Below, piece after piece: positions 49,343 through 59,205 of a DNA stretch of 64,000 nucleotides. Position numbers and translations under genes: made by a program. The stretch covers positions 320,001 to 384,000 of the forward strand of contig CAWDKY010000015.1 in NCBI GenBank assembly GCA_963802945.1, written 5' to 3'. Source of the stretch: an uncultured delta proteobacterium. Lineage in GTDB: Bacteria; Desulfobacterota; RBG-13-43-22. The notes under the pieces were generated by a model. That model did no database searches. It had not been told where the DNA came from and saw only the letters and a list, made by a program, of their open reading frames with translations. Position 1 is the first letter of the stretch; every line of letters starts with the position of its first letter.

Positions 49343-50713
49343 CTAAGTTTGTTTTCCTAATATCGCCTTTTTCTTCCACCGTCCGCCTTTGTAGTAGAGC
49401 CAGTTCAATCCGACGGACAGGGCAGTGCTCGTCAACATGGCCATCCAGATACCGTTCTGTTTGAAACCGACCGGGCCGGCAAGCACATAGGCTAAGGGAA
49501 CGCGGATGACGATCATGCCGATAAACGAGAGGGCCAGCAAGGCCATCGTGTCGCCGGCGCTGCGGAGAACGCCCTGGATGGCGAAGATGACGGCAAAGCA
49601 AGGGTAAATAAAGGCCATCCAATGGTAATAATCGTGGACAATAGCCAGCACTCTGACCTTTTCCGCTGATTCCTTGAGGAAAATACCGCCGATCTGATGA
49701 GAGAAAAATATCAGCACGGAGGTGCATACCAGGGCAACGCCCATACCGAAAAGCATGGACATACGCAGGGTCTGGAAAACGCGGTCGATCTTCTGCGCCC
49801 CTAAGTTCTGGCCGGAAATGCTGGTCGCCGCCATCCCGATGGACATGAACGGGATCATGGCCAGCATATCGATCTGCATGCCGATGCCGAAGGCCGCCGT
49901 AACATCTGTGCCGTATCGATTGACCAGGGAGATGATGATGACTCCGGCCAGGGAGATCACAAGCATCTGCAGCGATGCGGGCAGGCCGATGGCAAAAACC
50001 TCCCGGATGATGTGCCAATTCAAACGGTAGTTCCAACTGCGCATGTTGATATAAGGATTGTGCCTCAGCAGGTAAATATAGCCGACGATGCCGGTCGTCG
50101 CGGCCGCCAGCGCCGTGCCGCAGGCCGCACCGGCCACGCCAAGAGGCGGCAGAGGGCCGATGCCGCGAATGAAGAACGGGACGAAAATAATATTAAACAC
50201 CGTAAGCAGAACAAGGATTTTCACCACCGTAACAGCATCACCCAGACCATTCAGCATGCCGTTCATCCAGCTGATAAAAAATTGAAATACCAGCGCGGCC
50301 ATAACGATGGTCAGATAAGAAAGGGCCATGTCCCGAATTTCCTTGGGAACATGCACCCAGTCAAGCAACCGTTGACGGAGTGCCAGAGCGGTGATAGAGA
50401 TGATGAGGCAGAACAGTATCGAGGTAAAAAATGAATTCGCCAGGATTTTTCTGAGCAGCTCGGTGTCTTTGCGACCGAAGGCCTGGGCGATAAGGATATT
50501 GGTGGCCATGCCCAGGCCGATGAGAATGGCGGGCATCAGCATGATAATCGGCAGGCTGGCGGAGATGGCGGCCACGGCCGTGTGGCCCAAGAGGCGTCCG
50601 ACCCAGATCATGTTGATGATGCCATAGATGGACATCAACACATTACCGAGCATGATCGGCGTACTAAAATTTATGACCTGTTTTCCAATATGGCCTTCAG
50701 TGAAATCCTGCAT
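49343..50713 (-). CDS. MATE family efflux transporter
   Basis: Start MQDFTEGHI; IWVGRLLG, LNGLGD, GVAGAA, SGQNLGA, LRSAGD. Confidence 0.92.
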   Translation of the reverse strand: MQDFTEGHIGKQVINFSTPIMLGNVLMSIYGIINMIWVGRLLGHTAVAAISASLPIIMLMPAILIGLGMATNILIAQAFGRKDTELLRKILANSFFTSILFCLIISITALALRQRLLDWVHVPKEIRDMALSYLTIVMAALVFQFFISWMNGMLNGLGDAVTVVKILVLLTVFNIIFVPFFIRGIGPLPPLGVAGAACGTALAAATTGIVGYIYLLRHNPYINMRSWNYRLNWHIIREVFAIGLPASLQMLVISLAGVIIISLVNRYGTDVTAAFGIGMQIDMLAMIPFMSIGMAATSISGQNLGAQKIDRVFQTLRMSMLFGMGVALVCTSVLIFFSHQIGGIFLKESAEKVRVLAIVHDYYHWMAFIYPCFAVIFAIQGVLRSAGDTMALLALSFIGMIVIRVPLAYVLAGPVGFKQNGIWMAMLTSTALSVGLNWLYYKGGRWKKKAILGKQT

Positions 50714-50786
50714 AAGGTAAGCCCTTGGGTGTCTTAACGATCCCTTTTCCCTTTCCCGGATGCGTCCGAGAAAAAAATGAGGGCCG

Positions 50787-52256
50787 TCATTTGCCTCTTT
50801 GCTTGCGGGTATGGCTCTCCAGATACCGGCGGTATTGGTCCAGCTCGGCCAGTACCCGGGCCGCCTGGGGGAAGGTAGAAAAGGTGGCGAACCCGGCGTC
50901 CGTGTACCGGTCCTCCAACTCCTGCCTGAGGATCTCCCCCTCAATGCCCCCGCGGCCCCTGTCCAAAACCACATAGATCGGCTTGCCCATCCGTTTCATA
51001 GAATCCTTAACCAACTGAGGGAGGAGGGAAATCATGGAACGCCCAATCACACGAGTGATGAGGTCCACCGGCTGATTGAAGATAAGGGCATCGATGTTCG
51101 GATCGTCTCGAAGCAAATCCATGAGCACCTGGAGATTTTCATAGCCTTGACCGAAGAAGGCGCCCATGATGTCCAGCGGATTCTTGGCGCTGCTGCCCTG
51201 GATGGGAACGAACTCTTCGATGGCCTTGATGGTTTTATCGGTCAGGTGCGGCACGTAAAGGCCGGCCTCTTCGGCCATATCGGTCATGGTGACCGAGCCG
51301 CCGCCGGCACCGCCCAGCACGGCCACATTCCTTCCGGGCGGTAGAGGCAGCCCCATCAAGGCGGTCAGGGTGACGGCCATGTCCTCAAGGGAATGGACGG
51401 AGATAAGCCCGGCTTGGCGGCACACGGACTTCCAGAGTTGCATAGATCCGGCCAGAGAGGCGGTATGGGACTGGGTGGCTCGAGATCCGCCCTCGGTCAC
51501 ACCACCTTTAAAGACGACGATCGGTTTTATCAGTGAAATCTTTTTGGCCTGTTCGAAGAAGGCCCGTCCGTCTTTCAGCCCCTCCACATAGGTGGCGATG
51601 TATTTGGTTTTGTCGTCCTGGGCCAGGTATTCGAGGAACTCGTGGTTTTGCATGTCGGCGGCGTTGCCGTAACTGACGACCTTGCTGAAACGCACACCTT
51701 TTCCCTCGGCCATGGAGATGAACATCCCGGCCAATTGACCGCTCTGGGAGACAAGGCCGACCGGTCCGGACCTGTCCGGGAACTCATTGGTCCAGGCCAG
51801 GCCACCCTCCGGACAGTACAGTCCCATGCAGTTCGGGCCGATAACCCGGATACCGGCCTGGCGGGCCATCTGAATCATGTCTTTTTCAAGCCGGGCCAAA
51901 TCCTCACGGCCGGTTTCGCTAAAGCCGGCTGTAAAGAGATGGACGTATTTTACATTCTTGGCCGCACAATCAGACATGACTTCGAGCACAACTTTGTAGT
52001 TCACGCTGAAGATGACCAGGTCAACCTCGTCCGGGATGTCACGAACGCTTTTATAGACCGTAAATCCGAGGATGCTTTTAGCCGTGGGATGAATTGGGAA
52101 TATTTTTCCTTTGAAATGTTGTTTAATAGAACCTTCGATATAGGTGTTGCCGCCCCACCGGCCGCCGGGCAGCCCGCCTCTGGGTGAGGCGCCGACTACG
52201 GCGATGTTTTTGGGGTAAAATAGGGTTTCTAAGGGATGTTCAGACAATTTACTCAT
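50787..52256 (-). CDS. NDP-forming acyl-CoA synthetase, alpha-type (CoA-binding) subunit
   Basis: FYPKNIAVVGAS, TAGFSE, IGPNCMG, SQSG, SHTASLAG phospho-His motif, NPLD. Confidence 0.9.
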   Translation of the reverse strand: MSKLSEHPLETLFYPKNIAVVGASPRGGLPGGRWGGNTYIEGSIKQHFKGKIFPIHPTAKSILGFTVYKSVRDIPDEVDLVIFSVNYKVVLEVMSDCAAKNVKYVHLFTAGFSETGREDLARLEKDMIQMARQAGIRVIGPNCMGLYCPEGGLAWTNEFPDRSGPVGLVSQSGQLAGMFISMAEGKGVRFSKVVSYGNAADMQNHEFLEYLAQDDKTKYIATYVEGLKDGRAFFEQAKKISLIKPIVVFKGGVTEGGSRATQSHTASLAGSMQLWKSVCRQAGLISVHSLEDMAVTLTALMGLPLPPGRNVAVLGGAGGGSVTMTDMAEEAGLYVPHLTDKTIKAIEEFVPIQGSSAKNPLDIMGAFFGQGYENLQVLMDLLRDDPNIDALIFNQPVDLITRVIGRSMISLLPQLVKDSMKRMGKPIYVVLDRGRGGIEGEILRQELEDRYTDAGFATFSTFPQAARVLAELDQYRRYLESHTRKQRGK

Positions 52257-52682
52257 TACTCAAACCTCCTCCATACTTCCTTCCCGCTCGACGTTCATCA
52301 ATATGGGCATGCTGGCTGAAGTCATTCAACACGATCGCGTTCCCGGTATTTCCAGAGAAAATGAGGATGTTACGTGACGACATCGATGTTTTTATTGTCG
52401 CGGTGCAACTACAGGCGATAATAAAAATTCTCGCCGCGGCCGAAATCGATGTCCAGCGGGGTCCTTTGATAGGAAATTGTTTTTTGTTAATATAAGAGTA
52501 TAGGATAAAAAAAACAAGGTCAAGGAGAAAAAGGGACCTTCTTTTTACGAAATTGTTGGAAGGGATACTTGCTTAATATTATGAAAATTTTACCTGTTAC
52601 CGAATAGGATAAGGTGTTATAATATCGGGCAAGAAATCGGAAAAAGAGAACTTCGTATATTAATTGTTAAATATAGAATAAT

Positions 52683-53360
52683 ATGAAATACGAATTAAAT
52701 ACATATCATAGGAACACTCCCGATCAAGAATTATTGGATGACCTTAAAAAAGTCGCTGATCAAATTGGAATGGAGAAAATTACAAGGGAACAGTACGATC
52801 AGAAAGGAGAATTTAATTCTGGAACATTAATCAAGCGATTTGGGACTTGGAATAAAACTTTAGAAAAGGCGGGTTTAGCAGTAACAGTAAAACAAAATAT
52901 TCCAGAAAAAGAACTATTTGATAATATTGAGGCAGTATGGATTGCGCTTGGGCGACAACCTTTATACGTGGAAATGAAGCCTCCTCTTTCAAGATGTTGG
53001 CCAAAACCTTATGAGAAAAGATTCGGGTCATGGCGAAAAGCACTTGAAGCCTTTGTTGAGTATGTTAATTCCGATAAGGACGAAAATCAAGAAACGGCAG
53101 AAAATAGGCAAGATGAAAAATATTTCGATGCAGTTGAAACAGAATTTAAACATAAAACAAAGAGGAATATTAGTGAAAGATTAAAAGTCAAAGTATTAAT
53201 GAGGGATGGTAACAAATGCAAGCTTTGTGGCATCTCCGTAACTGGTGAAAACATTCACTTTGATCATATAAAACCTTGGTCTAAAGGAGGCGAAACAGTT
53301 TTAGAAAATATTCAAGTATTATGTGCACGACATAATTTAGCCAAAGGTAATATGGAATAA
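52683..53360 (+). CDS. HNH endonuclease with duplicated N-terminal helical repeat
   Basis: Repeats KRFGTWNKTLEKAG / KRFGSWRKALEAF; RDGNKCKLC, HFDHIKPWSKGG, NIQVLCARHN; strongly AT-rich. Confidence 0.9.
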   Translation: MKYELNTYHRNTPDQELLDDLKKVADQIGMEKITREQYDQKGEFNSGTLIKRFGTWNKTLEKAGLAVTVKQNIPEKELFDNIEAVWIALGRQPLYVEMKPPLSRCWPKPYEKRFGSWRKALEAFVEYVNSDKDENQETAENRQDEKYFDAVETEFKHKTKRNISERLKVKVLMRDGNKCKLCGISVTGENIHFDHIKPWSKGGETVLENIQVLCARHNLAKGNME

Positions 53361-53367
53361 TAAAAAT

Positions 53368-53478
53368 ATTTAACCAGGCAATCCACCGGGCCCGCCCCGC
53401 GTGGCCGAACGAAAAGATCACCGGTCCGCGGAATGCGTGCCCGAATGGCGCGTTGCGCCTGCGCAGGCGCTGTTGGGC
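53368..53478 (+). other. Degenerate attC-like recombination site
   Basis: ATTTAAC-CAGGC-AATCCACCGG 7 nt after the HNH stop, ending GTTGGGC; ATTTAAC is the exact complement of GTTAAAT (52666-52672) upstream of the gene. Confidence 0.55.
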
Positions 53479-53707
53479 AGAGGAGAGAACCTTGAACTGC
53501 GAACCGATGGAAGAACGGGTGTGAAAAAGTAGACGGTTGTGATAGTCTTCATTTCCCTGCTTCAATTTGGGTTCGGGACAGCAACACAAGCCGCCGGTAT
53601 CTCTGGTTAGAAAAGCGCCGAAACAGCCGGCATTGACCTTACCCGAACAGTCAAAGCCCTCAGGCAGATCAGGACTGACAGCTCCGATACAACGATACCG
53701 CTTGACC

Positions 53708-54175
53708 TTATTCTCTTCCCACAGGTTTCGGCCTTTCTTTTTTAAAGGCCACCCAGCCTTCGTTGGCCTCTGGAAAACAATCAAAACGCGGGATATAGGG
53801 TTTGATGTCGATAAGAGGCGTTCCATCCAGGACATCGATCCCTCTGACTTCAAGGATATTTTTATGACGGTTTATAAGTTTGACAATGGTTAAACCCAGC
53901 CCATTCGGACGGCAGGGATGTCTGGAAGCAAAGACCCCATGGGGTTTATCGTCCAAGAATGTGGGACGTACCAGTTTGACTTCACCGGCTTGGTGAAACT
54001 GATAGAAAAGCATGATATGGGAAAAGGTCTCAATATCTTTCAACCCTTTCATATATTCTAAAAACACAACCACCTGCCCGATGCCTTCCGGGGAAAAGAT
54101 GCCCTGTATCGGGGCCTCTTCTTTGCTGGCATAGGGAGAATGAATAAGGCCAATGGGCGTTAGCGTCATGCTCAT
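53708..54175 (-). CDS. tsaA: tRNA m6t6A37 methyltransferase TrmO/TsaA
   Basis: PIGLIHSPY, GVFASRHPCRPNGLGLT, DVLDGTPLIDIKPY. Confidence 0.9.
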   Translation of the reverse strand: MSMTLTPIGLIHSPYASKEEAPIQGIFSPEGIGQVVVFLEYMKGLKDIETFSHIMLFYQFHQAGEVKLVRPTFLDDKPHGVFASRHPCRPNGLGLTIVKLINRHKNILEVRGIDVLDGTPLIDIKPYIPRFDCFPEANEGWVAFKKERPKPVGRE

Positions 54176-54353
54176 AATCAACACCTTTCTGACAGGAGAG
54201 CCGAAAATGAGGTTCGCCTGCCTCTGTCCATAATCCAAATATTTATCACAGGAATTTTAAGAAGGTAAGCTTTTTCTCCCCCATCAATGACGGTTGGCGG
54301 GATTTTTTTACCAGCCCATCAAAATGAAAGGGAGAGCCAGAGGCCGCGGGATA

Positions 54354-54382
54354 TTGACAGGAGCGGCTTAAATAGGTAAAGT
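54354..54382 (+). promoter_or_regulatory. Sigma70 promoter for aroF
   Basis: TTGACA-17 nt-TAAAGT. Confidence 0.55.
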
Positions 54383-54479
54383 GTCCATGATCAAGTTGTG
54401 CCGATTACTGAGGATATATCATGATCAAACACAGAACTCGATGAAGAGATGAGTTCACTGATCATAGAGGAGAGCGGGA

Positions 54480-55499
54480 ATGATTATCATTTTAAAACCC
54501 ACGGCCCATAAAAAGGATGCCGATGAAATCATCGCCCAGATCGCCAGGCTGGGCCTGAAGCCGCTTTATTTGCCGGGAACGGAACGGACGGTTTTGGGTG
54601 CAATCGGTGACGAGAGGGTCCTGGCCGGCCTGCATCTTGAAAGTCATCCGCTGGTCGAGCGCATCACCCCGATCCTGACACCCTACAAAATGGTGAGCCG
54701 CGATATCCACCCGGAGAATTCGGTGGTTGAAATCGGTCAGGTTCAGGTGGGTGGAAAACCGTTTGTGGTGATTGCCGGCCCCTGTGCCGTGGAAACAAGA
54801 GAACAGATGATGGCCACCGCCCAGGCGGTCAAGAAAGCCGGAGCTCACTGCCTGCGGGGCGGGGCTTTCAAACCGAGGTCCAGTCCATACAGCTTTCAGG
54901 GATTGGGGGTCAAAGGCCTACGTATCCTCAAAGAAGCCGGGGAAAAGACCGGGCTGGCCATCACGACCGAGGTTGTTGAGGCAGGGGATGTCCCTATGGT
55001 GGAACGCTATGCCGATGCCTTTCAGGTCGGTGCCCGCAACATGCAGAATTTTCGCCTGCTGACCAAGTTGGGCCAATGCCGAAAACCGGTGATCTTAAAA
55101 CGCGGGATGGCGGCCACCGTGGAAGACCTGCTTCTGGCGGCGGAGTACATCGTTTCTGAAGGAAATCCCAAGGTCATCCTTTGCGAACGAGGCATTCGCA
55201 CTTTTGAAACCGCCACGCGCAATACGTTGGATTTGAACGCCGTCCCTTTTCTTAAACAGAAAACGCATCTTCCGGTCATCGTGGATCCCTCCCACGGTAC
55301 AGGTGTTCGAGACTTCGTGGCCCCAATGGCCAAGGCTGCGGCGGCCTGTGGTGCGGACGGACTTTTGATCGAGGTTCATTGCAATCCCAAAGAGGCCCTT
55401 TCCGACGGACAGCAATCCCTTTATCCCGAACAGTTTTCACGCTTGATGAAAGAGTTGCGCCCATTTGTTAAAGCAGCGGGGCGTGAACTCAATGTCTAA
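54480..55499 (+). CDS. aroF: DAHP synthase type I-beta with N-terminal regulatory domain
   Basis: IAGPCAVE, RGGAFKPRSSPYSFQG, GARNMQN, LCERGIRTFE, DPSHGTG. Confidence 0.95.
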   Translation: MIIILKPTAHKKDADEIIAQIARLGLKPLYLPGTERTVLGAIGDERVLAGLHLESHPLVERITPILTPYKMVSRDIHPENSVVEIGQVQVGGKPFVVIAGPCAVETREQMMATAQAVKKAGAHCLRGGAFKPRSSPYSFQGLGVKGLRILKEAGEKTGLAITTEVVEAGDVPMVERYADAFQVGARNMQNFRLLTKLGQCRKPVILKRGMAATVEDLLLAAEYIVSEGNPKVILCERGIRTFETATRNTLDLNAVPFLKQKTHLPVIVDPSHGTGVRDFVAPMAKAAAACGADGLLIEVHCNPKEALSDGQQSLYPEQFSRLMKELRPFVKAAGRELNV

Positions 55500-56295
55500 C
55501 GGCATGTCGGTTATTACGCTAAGCACGGATTTTGGCTGGGATGATCCTTATGTGGGGGTCATGAAAGGGGTAATCTTGGGGATCAATCCTCGGGTCCATT
55601 TGGTGGATCTGACCCATGCCCTGTCCCATCACCACCTCCTGGAAGCGGCCTTTATTCTTAATACGGCTTATCCCTATTTCCCCAGGGGAACCATCCATCT
55701 GGCGGTAGTCGATCCGGGGGTCGGAGGAGAGCGGCGGCTTATTGCCATCCAGGCGAAAGATGCTGTTTGGGTCGGGCCGGACAACGGGCTTTTTACCCTG
55801 GTGATGAAAAACAGGCCGGAAGCAATCATAGTCCACCTGAATAACACCACTTTTTTTTTGAAAACGATTTCCTCCACCTTTCATGGCCGTGACATTTTAG
55901 CTCCGGCAGCGGCTCATCTCAGTTTGGGTGTTCCGATTACCAAATTAGGGAAAACGATATCGGATCCATTTTTACTTACTATTTCGGACCCGGAGATTAA
56001 AGACAACCGACTGATCGGCCGGGTCATCTGGAGCGATCACTTCGGCAACCTGATTACCAACATCAGTCGAGAAACCATTCTTCCCTTTTTGTCCGGTCCG
56101 GGTTTAAAAATTATTTTAGGATCCCACACTATTAACGAAATACACCAAACCTACTCCCAGGGCCGACCAGGCCAATTGATGGCCTTGATCGGCAGCAGCG
56201 GCTATCTGGAAATCGTCTGTAATCTGGGCAGTGCTGCAGAAAAAATGGGGCTACAGTCCGTGGTAGGTTTGAAGGTCGAAGTTCTCGCTTCCTGA
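55492..56295 (+). CDS. SAM hydroxide adenosyltransferase / chlorinase-fluorinase family (DUF62)
   Basis: LSTDFG, VDLTH, VVDPGVG, GPDNG, STFHGRD, DHFGNLITN. Confidence 0.92.
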   Translation: MSNGMSVITLSTDFGWDDPYVGVMKGVILGINPRVHLVDLTHALSHHHLLEAAFILNTAYPYFPRGTIHLAVVDPGVGGERRLIAIQAKDAVWVGPDNGLFTLVMKNRPEAIIVHLNNTTFFLKTISSTFHGRDILAPAAAHLSLGVPITKLGKTISDPFLLTISDPEIKDNRLIGRVIWSDHFGNLITNISRETILPFLSGPGLKIILGSHTINEIHQTYSQGRPGQLMALIGSSGYLEIVCNLGSAAEKMGLQSVVGLKVEVLAS

Positions 56296-56354
56296 AATTT
56301 ATTGTGGGTGCAGCAAGGAAACGACATTCTGCCTTATGTGAATAGTTTTTATTC

Positions 56355-56478
56355 CTGGACTCCGGCTGGAGTCTATCCCGCATGGGATGCGGGACCGGAG
56401 TGACGAATATTAGGAAGTTTTCTGTCGTCATTCCGGGCTTGACTAAGCCTGCCCCGTACTTGATACGGGGGAATCCAG
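56355..56478. repeat. Inverted pair of REP-like elements between convergent genes
   Basis: CTGGACTCCGG...CCGGAGTGAC followed by GTCATTCCGG...GGAATCCAG, each with an internal hairpin. Confidence 0.65.
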
Positions 56479-56525
56479 TGACTTTATGTTAATTCTATTT
56501 TGAAAATCTTTTAATAGTATGGTTT

Positions 56526-57953
56526 TCAGCTTTTCCTTCTTCGATAATAACCGGCGAGTTTTTTGGCTGCCTTGGCCGCGCGGCCGATCGAAGGAAAATA
56601 AGGAATGCCCTTGGCCAGAAGCTTGGTCCTGATCTCGTAGATGATTTTCCAGTTCCAATCCGCATAGTGGTCGATGCCTGGGCATCGATCCGGAACGATG
56701 GTCATCACCGGCTTTGGTTTGCAGTTCTCGATATGATATTCTCCCAGGTAATCATCGGCCGTCTTTCCCTTATATCTCTCATGATGAGGTTCACCGAACA
56801 TGACGATCAGCAGATCGAATTGCTCATTTTTGGCCATCAAGGCCAGCAACTCGCTGTGGTCGAATTTGGCATCCTCCCCTCTGATCGAATGGTCTACCGG
56901 ATTGCCGATCCAGTCCCAGATACTGATCCCCTGGCTTTTAAGCTCCTCCCGAATCTCCGGCGGGATAGGGATCACATCCAGACCTGCTGCCTCACATTGA
57001 TCCGCCGCCAACACGCTGGCGCCGCCGGCCCCCCCCATCACTCCGACTTGAAGACCTCTGATCGGCGGCAAGTAGTGGAAAGCGACGGCCAGGTCAATGA
57101 ATTCCTCCATGCTGTCCGCGGAAACTGCCCCGGCTTGCGCCAAAGCAACTTCCAATAAATCGGCGGACCCGGCCAAAGAGGCGGTGTGGGAAGCGACGGC
57201 CCTGGCCCCTGATTGTCCCCGACCGCCCTTCAATATCACCACCGGCTTTTGGGCTGCTGCCTGACGAAGGGAATCGAAAAACCGGCGGCCTTCTCTCAGC
57301 CCTTCAACATACATCAAGATCAGCTTGGTCTCCGGGTCCTGGGCCAGGTAGTCCAAGAAATCACACTCATTGAAATCCAGGGCGTTTCCATAGCTGATCG
57401 CTTTGCTGAAAAAAAGGCCTCTCAGGGCGGCCGAACGAACGATCTCTTCTACCGCTTGACCGCTCTGGGAGATCAGTCCCACGGGACCATAATTTTCATG
57501 AGGCATGGCATCACTAAAAGAAATGCCCAATCTCGGGAAAAAGAGACCCATACAATTCGGGCCGATAAGACGTATACCGTATCCCCTGGCCAATTTCAGT
57601 ACTTCCTGCTCCAGTTGGGCAGCATCCGACCGGCCGGTTTCGCTGAAGCGGGCGGTAAAAAGGTGAATAATTTTTACTCCATTGTGAGAGCAATCCTTGA
57701 TCATGGCCGGCACCAGCGGTGCCGACACGGCGGAGATCACATAGTCCACCGGATCGGGAATGTCTTTTACGGTAGCATAGGCCTTCAGTCCCAGAATTTC
57801 AGAGTACTTGGGGTTCACCGGATAAATATTCCCTCGATAGCCATATTTCAGAAGCGCATCCGTAAAATTATATCCTGCAGTTTGGGGATTGTTGGAGGCG
57901 CCGACTACGGCAATGGATCGAGGGTTGAAAAGCTCTTCGATAGGATGTGACAA
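56526..57953 (-). CDS. NDP-forming acyl-CoA synthetase, alpha-type subunit (paralog)
   Basis: FNPRSIAVVGAS, IGPNCMG, SQSG, ASHTASLAG, NPVD. Confidence 0.9.
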   Translation of the reverse strand: MSHPIEELFNPRSIAVVGASNNPQTAGYNFTDALLKYGYRGNIYPVNPKYSEILGLKAYATVKDIPDPVDYVISAVSAPLVPAMIKDCSHNGVKIIHLFTARFSETGRSDAAQLEQEVLKLARGYGIRLIGPNCMGLFFPRLGISFSDAMPHENYGPVGLISQSGQAVEEIVRSAALRGLFFSKAISYGNALDFNECDFLDYLAQDPETKLILMYVEGLREGRRFFDSLRQAAAQKPVVILKGGRGQSGARAVASHTASLAGSADLLEVALAQAGAVSADSMEEFIDLAVAFHYLPPIRGLQVGVMGGAGGASVLAADQCEAAGLDVIPIPPEIREELKSQGISIWDWIGNPVDHSIRGEDAKFDHSELLALMAKNEQFDLLIVMFGEPHHERYKGKTADDYLGEYHIENCKPKPVMTIVPDRCPGIDHYADWNWKIIYEIRTKLLAKGIPYFPSIGRAAKAAKKLAGYYRRRKS

Positions 57954-58211
57954 GAATGGACCTCCTCAATTAATTCCACTTTATCGTTGGGTTGGATATG
58001 GAATGTTTTGATGGGATATTTCTTCTGATAAATAAAATATAGGTGAAGGGGATTTTGTAAGTCAAGACAATTTTACCGGACGGAAAGCGGTTTCCCATAG
58101 ACTCCAGTGGACATCCCAAACGGAATCTCATTTATTTACAGGTAACTTTATGTTATAATTTTAGTATACCGCAAGTGCGGCTTAATCTAACCAATACAGA
58201 TTGAAATCACT

Positions 58212-59204
58212 TTGAAAGCAAAAGGGAAATATGTTGGAATAACCTCCACCGTTCCGGTGGAAATCCTCTTTGCGGCCGGCTTAATCCCGGTGGATTTGAA
58301 TAATATTTTTATCACCTCCCCACAGGCGTCGGTCTGGGTGGATGAAGCCGAAGAAAAGGGCTTCCCCCGAACTCTGTGCAGTTGGATCAAAGGTATTTAT
58401 TCCGCCCTTCAATATTGGCCTGAAATTAAAACCGTTATCGCCGTTACCCAGGGGGATTGCAGTAATACTCAGGCCCTGACTGAAATCCTGGATCATCAGG
58501 GGACCCAGGTTATCCACTTTAATTATCCCTATGATCGGAGCCCCCAGGTCATTAGAAAAAACATTGAGGAACTGATGGCCACCTTCGGGGTATCCTGGCC
58601 GAAAGTGATCGGGGCACAAAAACGAATAAAGGGCATTCGGGAAAAACTCCTATGGCTGGATAAGGCAACCTGGGAAGGCAACCGAGTCCACGGCTGGGAA
58701 AACCATCTTTTTTTAGTCAACAGTTCAGACTTCAAAGGGAATTTAAATTTTTATGAAGAAGAGTTGACCGACTTTTTAGAAACCCTGGCTCTTCGATCTA
58801 AAATAAGGGAATCGGTTCGTCTGGGGTACATCGGTATCCCGCCCATACAATCCGGGCTTTATGAATTTGTTGAACAATGCGGCGGCCGGGTGGTATTCAA
58901 TGAAATTCAGCGTCAGTTCAGTATGCCCCATTATAAGCAAAACCTGATCAGTCAATATCTGGCCTACACTTATCCCTATGACATCTTCGGGCGGATAAAA
59001 GATATTGAAGCAGCGATTCGGGTGCGACAATTGGACGGTTTGATCCACTACACCCAGACCTTTTGCTTTCGGCAGGTTCAAGACCTTTTGATCCGGAAGC
59101 ATCTTTCCATTCCCATCCTGACTCTGGAGGGAGATAAACCAAGACCTATCGATAACCGCACCAAATTTCGTATCGAGGCCTTTATTGATGTGCTGAGGAA
59201 ATAA
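58212..59204 (+). CDS. 2-hydroxyacyl-CoA dehydratase subunit family (HgdA/B-like)
   Basis: VPVEILFAAG, LCSWIKG, GDCSNT, TFCFRQ, LTLEGD, RIEAF. Confidence 0.85.
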   Translation: MKAKGKYVGITSTVPVEILFAAGLIPVDLNNIFITSPQASVWVDEAEEKGFPRTLCSWIKGIYSALQYWPEIKTVIAVTQGDCSNTQALTEILDHQGTQVIHFNYPYDRSPQVIRKNIEELMATFGVSWPKVIGAQKRIKGIREKLLWLDKATWEGNRVHGWENHLFLVNSSDFKGNLNFYEEELTDFLETLALRSKIRESVRLGYIGIPPIQSGLYEFVEQCGGRVVFNEIQRQFSMPHYKQNLISQYLAYTYPYDIFGRIKDIEAAIRVRQLDGLIHYTQTFCFRQVQDLLIRKHLSIPILTLEGDKPRPIDNRTKFRIEAFIDVLRK

Positions 59205-59205
59205 T

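Noticed and set aside
50714-50974. N-terminal extension of the MATE ORF (likewise lptF 3211-3351 and thiolase 34401-34496)
   Set aside because: The extensions overlap neighbouring genes or upstream DNA; family-typical N-termini begin at the downstream ATGs.
53281-53893. ORFs 53281..53853(-) and 53567..53893(+)
   Set aside because: They overlap tsaA, the HNH gene and the attC-like site in other frames, and have no recognisable domain.
55492-56295. Fluorinase/chlorinase (halogenation) activity
   Set aside because: The STFHGRD motif and housekeeping context fit the widespread SAM hydroxide adenosyltransferase branch; no secondary-metabolite cluster is nearby.
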